A stretch of 64,000 nt of DNA, from assembly GCA_013265495.1 (NCBI GenBank), contig MU058687.1, positions 2,358,001 through 2,422,000 of the forward strand, written 5' to 3'. The stretch is from Vicugna vicugna. Lineage: Eukaryota. Each line of letters starts with the position of its first letter. The first letter of the stretch is position 1. Made by a program: the position numbers and the translations under genes. Shown in pieces: positions 13,775 through 26,951 of the stretch. Below the pieces are notes generated by a model. The model saw nothing but the letters and a program-made list of their open reading frames with translations. It did no database searches and was not told the origin of the DNA.

Positions 13775-16700
13775 TTTCCCCTTCCCCACCTTTCAAGGGG
13801 AGCCAGTGGCAATACTTATAGATGAATTTTCATGATTCTGGGCCCTGGGATCCTTCCAGAAATGGGAGGAGGCAGGACAAGAGGTATGTGCTGGTGGTCA
13901 GATTATCTAATCAAGAGGGGCTGGGAGGGAAGGGGAAGGGGTGGGACTGGAATGCTGGCCTTCACTGGAAGCTTCTGGAGCCCAGCCCAGCCCAGCCTTA
14001 AGAGCCCTGAGGCACTCTTCCCATCCCCTCTTCAGGCACCCTCTGGGAAAGAGGGTTCAAATTTAAGTTGCTTTGTCAGTAGGACAACTCAGATGTTGTA
14101 ATGTGGAAATCAGAGGCCCCTTCCCTCCATTTTCCATTCCAGGTTCCCCCCTTCCCCTCAGCTTAGCCCGGGGTCTGCACGTGTAAAACAGGAACCCTTG
14201 AAGCAGTTGTTCAAACACCCCTGTGTCCACATGGCACGTTGGCCTTTGAACTGCATTTCTGACTCATGACTTCATGTAACCCTTCTGAGATGGAGAAGGC
14301 ACTCTGCTCTTAGACACATGCCAGCTGCTCCATGCGGAGGGGTGGGGTATGGACCGAAGAAACAGCCCTCTTTCTAGATTAAAAATGGGCTGTATTTGAG
14401 CTACTGAAAGACTGTGTTGGTTCATTTTGATTCTACCCAATTTGGGTCTATCCTATTTAAGGTGTGACCCAAGCTAGTGGCTGAACCAGGTCCCCTGACT
14501 CCTACACCAGATTCTTTCTGCTCCTCCAGAGCATCCTGGGCTTCACAAATGAGGAAACTGAGGCACAAAGGCCCTCAGAAGTGTGCCTTAGTGCTGGTCT
14601 CTCAACTTTCCCTCTGTGTGCTGCTGGGGACCAACCTGAGGCTTTCTAGACCTTGGAGAGACTCCTTGCTCTTAAGTTTGTAAGGATGGGAGCTGCCACC
14701 TTGTTCTGGGAAGCAGGGTGTAAGGACACTGACTCAAGGGGTGGGGGCAGCTATCCAATGGTTGGAGGGTGTAGCTTCTCTTGGCTTCCTTACTTCACAG
14801 CATTGGAGGAACATAATGCAGAGGAAGCTGATTGCTATCAATATACCCCTGAATTTGAAGAGTGACAAAATTGAGTCCTAACAGGGTTGGGGTGAGATGA
14901 TTCTCCCACCATCAGTCACATGTCGGTTTGAGGGGAGCTGGTCCGAGAGCCTGGAGCTTCTCCATGCTCTGTGCTGCGTCTGCTCTTCACAGAGGCATGG
15001 GTCAGGGATGGAGAGGCTTTCAACCCCAGGCCACCTCCCCTCAACCCCAGGATTGTGAGCTAAAGAGCAGAGGAGAAGGGAGGTGAGGAAAATGAAGGGA
15101 CCACCATTCAAAATCCCTGGACCATCTTGCACCCTTGAATGGAGTCTATTTAGGGACTACCCAGTGCTGGGAGGAGAGTACAGGAACTTCCTGATGGCCC
15201 CCCAGAAAGGGGGAATGATGAAGGAGATCTAAAGAGGCAGAGAAGCAGGTGGCCAAGGGCACAATCCATTGGCGGCAGCAACCCAGGCACCCCCACCAGC
15301 CACTTAAAAGGAGATGGATGCTGTGTGTCCCAGGATGATGGTTTAGGGTGTTGGGTCATGCGGGCCCAAGAGAAACATGTCTCAGGTAGGGAGGACATTC
15401 AGGGTGGGCCCCAGTGTTGACCACTCCTGCTGTAGATAAGCCCTGTTTTTGGCCCAGGATGCAGGATGCAGGACTGGTGCAGATCGGCTTCTAACAAGGG
15501 CGTCCGAGGCTGTTGGAAGGAGCCAAATGCACCTGCTGAGGTGAACTAACTGGGGCCCAGCCTGAGAGGCCCCCCAGGAGCCCTGCCCTAGGAGGAGGGG
15601 CAGTCACCAGAATATTCCCTTCCCTGGCCCTGTACCTCCCCCAGAGCTAAATTCAAAGTGGGGAAGATGACAGAAAGGCTCTGAGCGCCTCCATTTAGTT
15701 CGTCTTGTCCCTGCAGTACAGAGCCTTGGCCAGATCCCGGGATCTGAAGCTCCACGGGGACCGGCCCCTTAGGAGGAGCGCGCCTCATCGAGGAGCCTGG
15801 GTCCCTGCCAGGCAAGGGCTCTTGGCAGCTGCCCTGACTCCTGCTTTTGTGTGGGTGCCTGTTTCCCACCCCCTCCATATGCAGGAGCCCAGGCCCTCAG
15901 GCTCCCTGCCTCCCTCCATCTCCCTCAGACTCTGACCTGACTCTGAAATGCAGGCTCCAGCCTTCTCTGGGGCTGCTCCCCATCTTTAAGTTTCCACGGT
16001 GGGCCTTGGGCATTGGGGAGCCAGGCGCTGGGGTCCTGGGTCTTCCAGGGGGAGGGGGCTGGGGAAGGAGAGAATGGAAGGCCGGCTTCCGCCTCCTCCC
16101 CATCTCACCAACACATCAGAACCCTGTTTCCCTCTTCCATCCAGCAGCTCTGGACACCTTTCACAGCTTTTCCTTTAAGTAAAATGACCTGAGAGACTGC
16201 CCTGTGATTTTGGGGGCCCAACAACTGCCAGGGAAAATGTCAGAAGTGGGGCTTTCTTTGGCCGCCTCTGCTGAGGCTGCTAGGGGCTGTGGAACATAGG
16301 TGATGTCCAAGGGTCTATCTCGCTTCAAGCAAATCCAGTGTATGAAAAATCTGTACTTTCAGGGGAAAAGCGATTGTTCTCTTTATGAGAAACTGAATAT
16401 AAAATCTGCTCTGAGCTGGGAATCGGTGCCTGTGTTCCCCTCGTGGCTCTGAGATATCCTTGCTGTGTATATTATTTCTCACGGGCCTGGGCGACCACCT
16501 CTCCACCTGGAGAGCAGGGGTGGCTGAAACCTGCTCTCCATCACCAGGTCAAGGTGAAGACCAGATGGGTCAACTCCTTGGTAAGATGCACTGTGGGGCT
16601 GCTTTAAGATGTCAGCTTCCTGGGCACGTTAAAAATACTATTTGATTCAAACAGGCTCGTTTGCGCTCAGCTTTTCAGCAGCCCAGCCATTGTGCTAGAT

Positions 16701-18504
16701 GGTGTCCAGGTGTCCTGGCATCCTGGTGTCCAGCCGCCCTGATTTTCCTCCTGGATTTGCTGGAGGTGGCATCCACCTTGGGTTGACCCCCATCTGGGGT
16801 CTAAAATGAAGATGAGAAGGTCCCTTGAGAGGATGGTGGAGAGGCTCTCGCCTGACAGGTGGGCTCTGCAACCTGACTAGGGTGTGGCCTGACAGCTTCT
16901 AAGCCAGGAGAACCTGGAAAACTATTTGCAGCATTCCACAGGCGCCCCCATGTCTGTGATTTCAGCAACTCCCCCTACACAGATTGTCCCTGCAAACTTC
17001 TTACCTCACTTCACCTCCCTGAGGCCACCAGCCTCCCGGTCCCGCTCCATTTCCTCCTCCCCTCAGCCCCTTGCCTGCCTTTCCCCAAGTGTTTTCTAAA
17101 AGATATTTGATTTCAGTGAAGGCCAGGCTGACATCCGCGCAATATGCCCTCACTCTCTTTGTGCTCGTTGGGAAGGCAGAGGGCTCCTCCAGGGACTCTG
17201 GGTAATTGGGTTAGTGGCCAGCTCATGTCAGGAAATTAAAAGGAGGCCCCGATCAGGTTCCCGCTGCATGGGATTTAATGGCTTTGTATTTATAGAGTAT
17301 CCTGCCTCTAGCCAATGCCAGAAATACCACTTCCCTGGCCCTATGCAGGAAGAAGGAGGATGAGAGATGACTTGCCTTTAAAAATTCTTTTTCTTCTCCA
17401 AAATACATTAGTGTTCTGAAACAAAACAACTCTTGAGCACTTTAGAGAACAGCTTTGAACTACAGCCCAAGAACTCTGATGGCTGTTTGTATCCCCCGAA
17501 CCACTTTGCACCCGACACACACACATGCACGCACACACACGTGTCTGCCCGCCCACAAGATCTTCCCATGTGGCCTCACGCCTTGGACCACTCAGGCGCG
17601 ATGACTTGACGACCTCTGGTTGGGGAAGTGTTGATTGAATAAAGTCACGGGGGGTGGTCTTGTCTGTACGGGGCCCTTACTACTGTTCATCAGGGTTTCG
17701 GCGCGTCAGACGTTGGATAACAGGTTCGGGAGTCATACCGGCTGGTAAAAGCCCAGCATCACCATGTATCAGCTCCTTGGGCCGTTCACTTAAACTTCTT
17801 TAAGCCTCCCTTTCCTCCTCTCTAAAGTGGGAATAATAATAGTGGCCATTTCATCTTGCTCGCGATTTATCAGGGAAAACCCTAGAGTTGTACCGCAAAG
17901 TAAGATGCTGGTCATTGATTTGAGAAGCCCCACACTGTGCTACATCTTTGGTTTTCTGTGCTCCAGAAGGCAGTTTTGAACCTCCCAGAGCCTCTCTCCC
18001 CGCTCCTTGGCTGATGACCCGGCTTCACATTTTCTTGAGGAAATAGAAACAGTCAAGTGGGGAATTTCTAAACCTCCTGCTGTTGAATCCACAAACCTAC
18101 TGGCTTATTTTGTCTCCCCGCCCATTAAAGATATTTCTGTTCCCATCAAAGGCCAGTCTCCCCAACCCGTCCTCTGAATCACGTTCCTCTTTCTTTATCA
18201 AGGACTTTACTCCTATAGTATTGTGTCAGTTTCCAGTCTTGTCAAACTCTTCCTCATTGCTGGATCATTTTCATCAGCACAGAAACAAAATGTAATTTAA
18301 AAAGCCCACAACTGTATTTTGATTCTTTATCTCCATTTGGCTACTGCTACCTTACCATGCTTTATTTCTCAACCAAACTTCCCCTGAAGAGTTGATAGCA
18401 GTTACTATATCCACTTCTGTACCCCATCCACTTAAAAAATACAAACAAAAACAAACAAACTTTCTTAAAAAGAATGCATTGAGTAGATCCAGAAAAATAT
18501 TTAT

Positions 18505-18960
18505 AGTATATTATATTAGCTAAGGTAAGGCTAAGCTTCTATACAGAGACTCCCCTCTTCCCTCAAAATAAAAAACTCAGAAACCTGAGCAAGATAGAAC
18601 TTTAATGCTCTTTCATCTCTCATATAACTGTCCCAAAGGTCAAAGGTGATCCAGAACTGGTTGGCAGCTTTGCCATCCTTCACAAGTGCCTTGCGTTTGT
18701 GGACCCAGTTATCTCCATCTCCCAGACAGCCAAAAGGAAGACGAGCCTACATCAGATCATTTGAAGGGCAGGACCCAGAGTGATACAGGTTCCTTCCATT
18801 CACAGCCCTTTGGTAGAATCTAATCACATGGCCACACTGCTCTGCACGGATGTCCGGGCATTGTAGTCTTTAGCTGAGATGCCATATGTCCAGCTAAAAC
18901 TGTTGATATGGAAAAAAAGAATGACATATTTTAGAGGACAGGCATTATTACTTGCCAAAA
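18505..18960. mobile_element. MLT1-type MaLR LTR (old)
   Basis: ttggtagaatctaatcacatggccacac...tgtagtctttagctg, MLT1-like motifs. Confidence 0.55.
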
Positions 18961-19271
18961 ACATGGAAAGTAGGAAGAATACTGCTATCTCCCACTCAGT
19001 GTAAGAAAAAGACATTTACCCTTACTTTTGAGGTTCCCTCTGTGCCTGTCCCCACAGTCATCACTTTCAGGGGCAATAATTATCCTGATTTCACATTATT
19101 TTCCCTTGCCTTTCTTTATAGTTTTATTGTATATTTGCATCTCTAAGCATATTTTTTTTAGTTTTAATTGAATCTTGACTATACATATTCTTCTGCATCT
19201 TGATTATTTTAATCAGTATTTCTGAGATGAGTGCTATGGTGCTGTAATTCATTTATTTTCATTTCTGTATT

Positions 19272-19410
19272 ATAGGAGTCAGCCAGATAGTACATATTTT
19301 AGGCTTTGTGGGCCAAAAAGTCTCTGTCTTAACTGTTTAACTCTGCTGTTGTAATGTGAAAGAGGCCATAGACAAACATGTAAATGAGTAACAGGGCTGT
19401 GTTCTGTGAG
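19272..19410. mobile_element. MER58-type hAT-Charlie MITE, among old L1 fragments (~18990-19770)
   Basis: gccagatagtacatattttaggctttgtgggcca...ggccatagacaa. Confidence 0.75.
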
Positions 19411-19849
19411 GTGTTTGATCATTTTCCCAATTTTTCCACTTTATTTAGAAATTTTTATATATTCTGGTCATTTTATTAGTCATTTATCAGTTGCTGGTGT
19501 TGTAAAAATCTCATCTGTAGCTTTCTTCTTTTTTGGAGTCCTTTGATGAACAGAAGTTACTAATTTTAGTAAATTGATTGTATCAGTCTGGAGTCAGATA
19601 AGCTACCATTGCACCATGAGGTTCTTGTATCAGTCTTTTCCTTTATGGTTTGCACTTTTGTGTCATTAAAAAAAAAAGATCTTTTCCTAACCTACAACTA
19701 TAAAGATGCTTTCTTAATCTGCCTTTCTCATGTATGTCTCTGATCCTGCTGGAGGTGACTTCTGAGTGTGATGAGCTGGTGACCCCCAGTCTGCTCCATG
19801 AGCACAGCGCCTGAGTTGCCGAACTGGTACTTCTCTGTCTTCCACTCAC

Positions 19850-21260
19850 TCAGCCTCTGGGCAGTATTTCAAAGAGTTGGCCAGCCCTCCTTGTAATGCT
19901 TTTCTCTTGGCTTCTCTGATACCTCACTTACCTCATTTTCTCCTTACTTCTCGGACCACACTTCAAGACAAACTCCTCCTCTTCCTGGCCTTTACACTTC
20001 TGTGTTATTTGGGACTTGGACCCAGGCCCACGTCTTCCCCTGCGCCCTGCAGGTGATCTTTCCTAGATCCAAGACTAGATCTTAGACCTCATTTTAGATT
20101 CCAATCTCTAACTGCCCTACCAGCATCTCCATTTGGCTCCCTTATGCAACATCACAGATCCACCACATCTTAAGAGGTACTATAGATTTGTCCCACCCCT
20201 TCCTCCACAACTCCCAGGCTTCCCCACCTCAGGAATGGTATCCTGATTTTCCCCTTGCTCAAGAAAACCTGGAAGTCATCCTGGACTCCTCCAGAGCCAA
20301 TATCCAAACTATATTTCAGATCCTCCCACTTTTCTTCATCTCTATGGCCATGCCCCTGGTCCAGGGAAACACCATCTTTTCCCCAGATCATTGCAACAAT
20401 TTCCCAAATAGACTTCTGATTCCACTCCTGGTCCTATTTAATCCAATTCCCACAGAAGTCAGAGGAGTCTTTTTAAAACACTAATATGATCCTGTCATTT
20501 TGCTTCACATCATTCAGTGGCTTTCCATTGCATTTAGAGTAAATCTAAACACTTTGGTTTTCAAGACCCTGCGTTGTTACTGACCAAGGTTCTTGGACTC
20601 CTTAATCAATGGGTTGGGCCAGAGGGCTGGCTTAGGTGGTCTGCCCACTCTCTTGGTGGTGCTGTGTGATGGGATCACCCGCAGTACCCTGCTTTTGCTC
20701 CCAGCACCTCAGAAGTGGCAGTTGGGTTTTTGGTCTTTTTGTATCTTGTTCATAATTTGCACCAGCTGGGTATGCAGGCAGTTATTTTTGGTTCCTTGTA
20801 GTTTCTTTGTATTCTGTTGCTTGAGGAGATGTTTGTCCAGGTGCAGGCACTGCAGCAAAGGGTCCCAGGTCCCAGCCTGTCTCAGCGTGAGCCAACCCCT
20901 CCCTACCTCTTCAGTGCCAGCTCGCACGGTTCCTCTGCTGCCCCCTCACTCCTACCCACTCTGCTTCAGCCTCTCCGGCTTACTTTTGATGCTCAAGCAC
21001 GACAGACTCCTTCTCACCTTATGGCCCTCAGGTGTTTCCCTCTGCCTGGAATGCTCTTGCGTGACGGGCTCCCCATCCTTCCAGCCTCAACTTAAATGCC
21101 ATCTCAGAAAGTCCTCTCTTCCCACTTCATTACTTTCTATCATATCCCCTTGTTTAGTTCCTCTTTGGATCTCTCCCAGGGTGAAGTGGTCTTATTTATC
21201 CATTTGTTTGTTTGTATACTTGTTCGCTCTGATAGAACAACACAAGTTGTTCTTGAATTA
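19850..21260 (+). mobile_element. L2 LINE, interrupted by a solo LTR at 20575-20884
   Basis: gaaaacctggaagtcatcctggactcctc...tttccctctgcctggaatgctctt...aaatgccatctc. L2 sequence continues across the LTR. Confidence 0.75.
20575..20884 (-). mobile_element. ERV1-class solo LTR (310 bp)
   Basis: TG...CA termini (tgttac...gtctca) with a 4-bp target-site duplication GCGT at 20571-20574 and 20885-20888. Strand inferred. Confidence 0.75.
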
Positions 21261-22479
21261 GGTACTTACAGATTCTTTTGAAAATCCATTGAAAACTACC
21301 GTAAAACATATACAAGTACCTACACATAAAATTTTGCAGACAACTTCACAGAGCCTCTGAAGCCCAGCTAAGCAGTTCCTGAAGCCAGATGAAGACGTGT
21401 TGTGGCAGAATTGGCCTTTGAGTGGTAGAAAGGACCTCAGACTCCATCCAGACTCTGGGATAGCAAATTGCTTTTAGTTGGACTGTCAGCCCTAGGGTGG
21501 GGAGCGGCTGCCTAGTATGCATGATTGAAAGGCTTCTTAGGCAGTGCCTGGGATCAGTAGGCAAGAGTGCCATGATTGATTAGCAATGTCTGCCACAGAC
21601 TGGGAAATGGAGGGCAGTGGCACAGCTGACAGCTTTTTGCTGTGAGTGATCTAGTGCGACTGAGTTTAAATGATTTGCCCAAGGCCACACAGCTAGCAAG
21701 CAAATGAGTGAATAACAGGTGGAATCTAGTCTCCTTGGTTATTCAAGTATTCCTTCTGAGAAGCCTGTTCCAACTCACTGTAGCTGCCTTGACGAGTAAC
21801 AAAGACTATGGCCTTCCCTCAAAGGGGGAAGGAGAGGAAGGGGAGGCGGAGCTGAAGTAGCTTTTCCTGGTTGGGTGTTCAGTTTTAGAGACTTCCTAGC
21901 CACTGGGGATGCAGGCATATCACAACACTGCCAAAATGTCTTTCGGAACATGGTGCCCCGGGTGAGAAGTGTCCAGAGGAGGGAGCAGCGCAAGAGTGGA
22001 CGCTTCTTTAATAGACAGAAGGCCAGGACCTCACCACCTGGTACCAGCTTACCCAGCCAGCCTGGAGCAGTTGGCACAGCTCTGGAATATGGGGTGGCAT
22101 GTGTGTTGTCCACCCACATCTCTCTCTCTCGGCTTTTCTTGAGTCAGGTGTGAGGCATTCTTCACCATTATAACGTGGTGCCAGGATAAGAGGCAGCCCC
22201 AAATAGCTGTCCTCTCTGAGAGGCAGCAAGGCGAGCTCACCCGTCCCCTAGAAACCCCACAGGACAGGTGGCTGAAGGGAGCCCAGCTTGTGCAGGAGCA
22301 GGGCCTGAGTGCCCATCAGCCTGCCCACATGACCTACCGCCCCTGGGCTCTCAGGAGCCCAGAGTATGCATTCCACCTTTGGGGTGGTTTTCTCCTCTTT
22401 CTAGAGCTGGGTCAGCTCTAGCTCGGTAGCACTTATAGGCAGAGAGTCAATCCCTAAATCTCCTGGAAGGAACACTGGT

Positions 22480-22685
22480 TAGATCAAAGTATGGTATAAA
22501 ACAGGTCCAGCGTGGGGCTCCCGAGACCTGCAAGTAATCAGAATCGTTTATAGGAGTTTTACAAAATTATCCATTCCCGGATATCACCCCAGACCTACCA
22601 ACTCAGAACCACTAAGTGTAAATCCTCAAGGTCTGTGTAGTTCAGAGGTTTTCAGGATGATCATACAGGATGGGTGGTCTCAAGT
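22480..22685. mobile_element. MER5-type MITE remnant
   Basis: caccccagacctaccaactcagaacc MER5-like core. Confidence 0.5.
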
Positions 22686-23994
22686 TCAGGACAAAGGAGA
22701 TAGGACGTAGAGATTATAAGGTTTAGCTCCTCCCGCTAACATTTCCTGGATGCGTGACCCTGAGCAAGTCACCGGAGCTTTCCAAGCCCTCAGTTTGCAC
22801 GTGGAAATAATAATAATCACGCATTCTCCCTCCCTCAATTTTGTTACACAGAGATGAAATGAGATATGGAAATAGCTTTGTAAACTGTGAAGCATTGCAC
22901 ACATCATTAATAAACCAAGGACATTAAATTGTGTGTATGTGTGGCGGGGGATGGGTGTGGTATTTCTAGGTAAGAGGAGGAGAAGGGCCTTGACTGTGAC
23001 AACTTTGCAGTGTCAGGACAGCAGCTGTGCAGGGGAGGCAAAGAAGGACACAGGCTCAGAGCCTGCCCCTCTCTGCCTGGTCTGAGCATTTCCTGTGGGA
23101 AGAGAAAATGTGACAGGGGCAGCGCCTGGGACAGGCTGCAGGCCAGGTGTGGGGCCACGGTTTTCCAAGCTTTAACTGGTTATTTTTAGTGCCTGGAATA
23201 AAAGAAAGAAACTTAAACAGCCCCCCACTTCTGCCGCCCCTGCACACTCTATTTTTACTTCCAAAAGGCTGGGCTCTCTTCCAGCTTAGGGAGGACAACT
23301 GAGAAGAAAAAGGGGAGGAGGAGGGAAGCAGGAATTATTTTACTTCCATTAAGAAAAAAGTCAGAAGGCCGATCTTATCAAGGCAGCAAGTGGACATCTG
23401 ATCCAGGACGTGGCGGCTGCCAGCTCTGGCTGCTCCCACGTGCCTGCGGTGGGTTGGAGAGATCGGCAGATGGGGCATGGGCTTGGGAGCTTTGGGAAGC
23501 CCCGCTCCTCTCCTCCCAAGCAGTTTCTTCCCCAGAGCAGCCCCGCAGCTTCTTTACTATTTCCTATGCCTGAGTTGGGAAGTGGGATTGGACACTGCGG
23601 ATATGGGGACACCACCGCAGAGACTGCTGGGGGTTGGGGGGGGGTCCACCTGCGATCCTGGTTTTGGACAGAGGCGGCCCCTCTGCCTTGTTGGCATATT
23701 CAAGAGAGCACCTGTGTTGGCGCTGTGTACCCCTGGGCACATTATGCAACCTCTCTGAACCTTAGTTTCTTCAGAGTTTTTGTTTAAGTTACATCTGACC
23801 TATAGTAGTTATAACTAAGGGGATATGTTTCTCTTCTCATGAAGAAAGCTGGCAGGTCAAGGTAGACGCTTCCACTTTCAACAGGTAGATGAAAGGAAAG
23901 AGATTACCACTGAGTGCCTCTTGCATCCTAAGCACATTGCTGTGTTTCACACATTTTATGGTATTTAATTCCACTAGCCAGAGAAAGGTGAAGT

Positions 23995-24880
23995 ATTTTT
24001 TAAAATCTTTGAACAGCTTTATTGAGATAAAATCCACCCATTTTAAAGTGTACGATTTATTGGTTTTAGGTGTGTTGCATAATTCGTTTTTCTGAATTGT
24101 GGCAAAATATATACAACAAAATTCACCTTTTAAAAACCATTTTTAAGTGTCCAATTCAGAGGTATTAAGCATATCCACAGTGTTTTGAAACCATTACCAC
24201 TTATCCAACACTTTTTCATCATCCCAAACTGAAACTGTATTCATTAAACAATAGCCCCCCTCTCTCCCCTCCCCCCAGTTCCTGCTAACCTCCAATTTAC
24301 TTTCTGTCTATTCTAGCTATTTTTAATAAGTGAAATCATACAACATTTCTCCTTTTGTGTCTGGGTTATTTCACTTAGCATAATGTTTTCAAGGTTCATC
24401 AGTGTCATAGCATGTATCAGACTTTATTCTTTTTAATGACTGAATAATATTCTATTGTATGTATAAGCCTACACTGTATGTTAGTGGATACTTGGGTTGC
24501 TTCTACCTTTTGGCTATTGCGAATAATGCTGCTGTGAACGTTGGCATAGTAATATCTGTTCCAGGTCCTGATATCGAATCTTTTGAGTATAGACCTAGGA
24601 ATGGAATTGCTAGGTCATGTGATAATTCTGTTTAGCTTTTTGATGAATTGCCAGGCTACTTTCCACAACAGGTGGACCATTTTACACTTCCACAAGTAGT
24701 TAAAAATTTAATTAACCTTTATTTTGAGATAATTGTAGATTCATATGCAGTTGAAAGAAATAATATAGAGAGATCTCATGTACACTTAACCCAATTTCTC
24801 CCAATGGTAACATCTTGCTGAACTGTAAATACAATGTCACAGCAGAATATTTACCTTAATACAGTCACGATACTGAGCAG
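23995..24880 (-). mobile_element. Old L1M 3'-end fragments
   Basis: agctttattgagataa..., ttcacttagcataatgttttcaaggttcatc..., ttttgagataattgtagattcatatgcagttg. Confidence 0.85.
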
Positions 24881-24914
24881 TTTGAAGGTGAAGTGGGGTT
24901 TGTTTTGCTTTGCT

Positions 24915-25130
24915 TTGCTTTTATTGACGTATAGTTGGTTTACAATGTTGTGTTAATTTCTAGTGTACAGCATAGTGATTCTGTTATACATGCATACATA
25001 TTCCTTTTATATTCGTTTTCATTATAGGCTATTACAAGATACTGGATACAGTTCCCTGTGCTATACAGTAGGACCTTGCTATTTCTCTATTTTATATATA
25101 GTAGTTACTATCTGCAAATCCTGAACTCAC
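24915..25130 (-). mobile_element. Artiodactyl-type L1 3' end
   Basis: ttttattgacgtatagttggtttacaatgttgtgttaatttc...cagttccctgtgctatacagtaggaccttg. Confidence 0.8.
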
Positions 25131-25320
25131 GCTACGTGCCATCTACAATATTTTAGATGCTTTACAGATATTAATTCATTTAATCTTCACACTAATTGAG
25201 AAGTATTATTATTACTCCCATTGTACAGGTGCAGAAGTTGAGGCAAAGAGGGGTGAAGAAACATGCTCAAGGTCACTCAGATAGGAAGGGATAAGGCAAG
25301 TCTGACCTTGAGGCTAGTGT
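25130..25320 (-). mobile_element. MIR SINE
   Basis: ttcatttaatcttcac...cccattgtacaggtgcagaagttgaggc...tcaaggtcac. Confidence 0.7.
25267..25311. promoter_or_regulatory. Two perfect ERREs: TCAAGGTCA 25267-25275 and TGACCTTGA 25303-25311
   Basis: Exact matches to the ERR monomer consensus, inverted, within a MIR. Motif evidence only. Confidence 0.35.
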
Positions 25321-26234
25321 TTCTTTCTTCTGCTTTAGAGGCACAGACCACTCTGGGCCTCCGCACTGTTGCTGCTTTTTAAACAGTCACCAGGCCAGGT
25401 AGCAAGCCACAGCTGGGGAGGCCCTGAGTGTCTGCATCCAGACTTGATAATGGAGCATCTCTGCATGGACTTGCTTACTCCCTCTGTTCACACTGTCCTC
25501 CCCTTCTTCCTTGCAAGGGTGACCAAGCACAGCCCACCTCCTCACTGTCTTGATCAGGGCCAGACAGGTACAGATGTCCCCTCGTAGGGCCACCAAAGAG
25601 GATTTTATGAAGGAACTATTTACAGAGGATGAGTGGGGTTGAGGGAACCAGCCAGAGGGGGTGACACACCCCAGGACTGATAAAAGGAGGGAGCTTTTAA
25701 TAACCTCAGTCTGGAGAGACCAGGGATGAGCTGTTCCAGGAAGCCAGGGAGAACAGGGGCTGTACTTGGAGGTCAAAGTCATGCTTCTGCTCAGCAGGAA
25801 GTGGGGAAGAGAGGCTGGAATTAGGAATAAATACCCCCATCCCTGCTTTCTGACCTTCTGTGGTGGTGTCTCCAGTGCCTCTGGCTGGAAGATAAGAGAT
25901 CCCAGGTGAGGGGGCGGGGCAGACAAGAGCTGTGTGTGGAACTGGAAGAGCCAACTGAGAACAGCCAGCCTGGCCACCAGCACAGAAGGCTGCTGGTAAG
26001 GAGGCTGACTCCAGTGGCCTCAGGGCAGGATCCTCCCACCAGCAAAGAAGGAGGCTATTCTCAGCTGAGGCCACACAGATCGCAGCAGGGTGCTCTGAGG
26101 CACATTGAGACAGAATTCTAGGTGAATGGTCCCCCATGGTTGTGCAATGTGCCCCTGGCCCCGGGTCTCTTTGCTGCCTTTCTTCTACCACAGAGACTCT
26201 GAGCTCTTTGAGAGACATAGGATGACATAGGAGA

Positions 26235-26430
26235 CAGAGTGGTGGAGAGCCTGGGATCTGGAATCAGAATGCATCCCTTCCTATGTAGCTTTGACAAGTT
26301 ACTCTACCTCTCTTAGCCTCACTTTCCCCATCTGTAAAATAGAATAATAATAGAAGCTCCCTCAGAGGGTTGTTGCAATCCTGAGGTGAAGTAATATACC
26401 TACACTGCTTAGAGCAGGGGCAGCACCAGG
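26235..26430 (+). mobile_element. MIR SINE
   Basis: agcctcactttccccatctgtaaaatagaataataatag core. Confidence 0.75.
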
Positions 26431-26951
26431 TAACAACTGGTCAGTAGAGGTGAACTTCTGCTTATACGTGTGTCTATTAGATTTAAGGGGATTACTATAT
26501 TGACCAAGAAGGGGGACAGGTCCTTATCTGGTCCTGGGCTCAGCTAAAGGACTCAGTCTGCATAGGTACATGCATTCTTTTTAGTACTCATGACATGCTA
26601 ATGAATACTTAAATACTGAGGGATTAAACCGTGTTGAACAGCAGTGAACACAAAGGGTAAGTATTTATTATAGTATTTGGAGATCTGGCACAATTTACAT
26701 GAGAGTATTATTGATGCTTTTTTAAATTCAGAAACTATCAATAAGGTGATACAATCTGATCATCCTGGACAGTAATTGTAAGTTAATTAGTATTTTAATA
26801 TGCTCCCTGAGCCTAGTTTTTAGACATTTCGCTAATATAAGGACATAAACAACAAGGCAACACTCATTTCAGGTTCAAGTCCCCTCCTTTATTATTTTCC
26901 ATTTGCTGTCTGTAAGACTTCAGCATCCTAATTTGAAAAGTAATTGCGCAT

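Noticed and set aside
18637..18649. DR1 element AGGTCAaAGGTGA
   Set aside because: Single motif inside an LTR remnant; no further support.
20593..21261. 222-aa ORF
   Set aside because: Spans an LTR/L2 junction; no coding signature.
25560..26110. Possible old LTR fragment and overlapping 170-198 aa ORFs
   Set aside because: Could not assign a family or termini; the ORFs lack recognisable homology.
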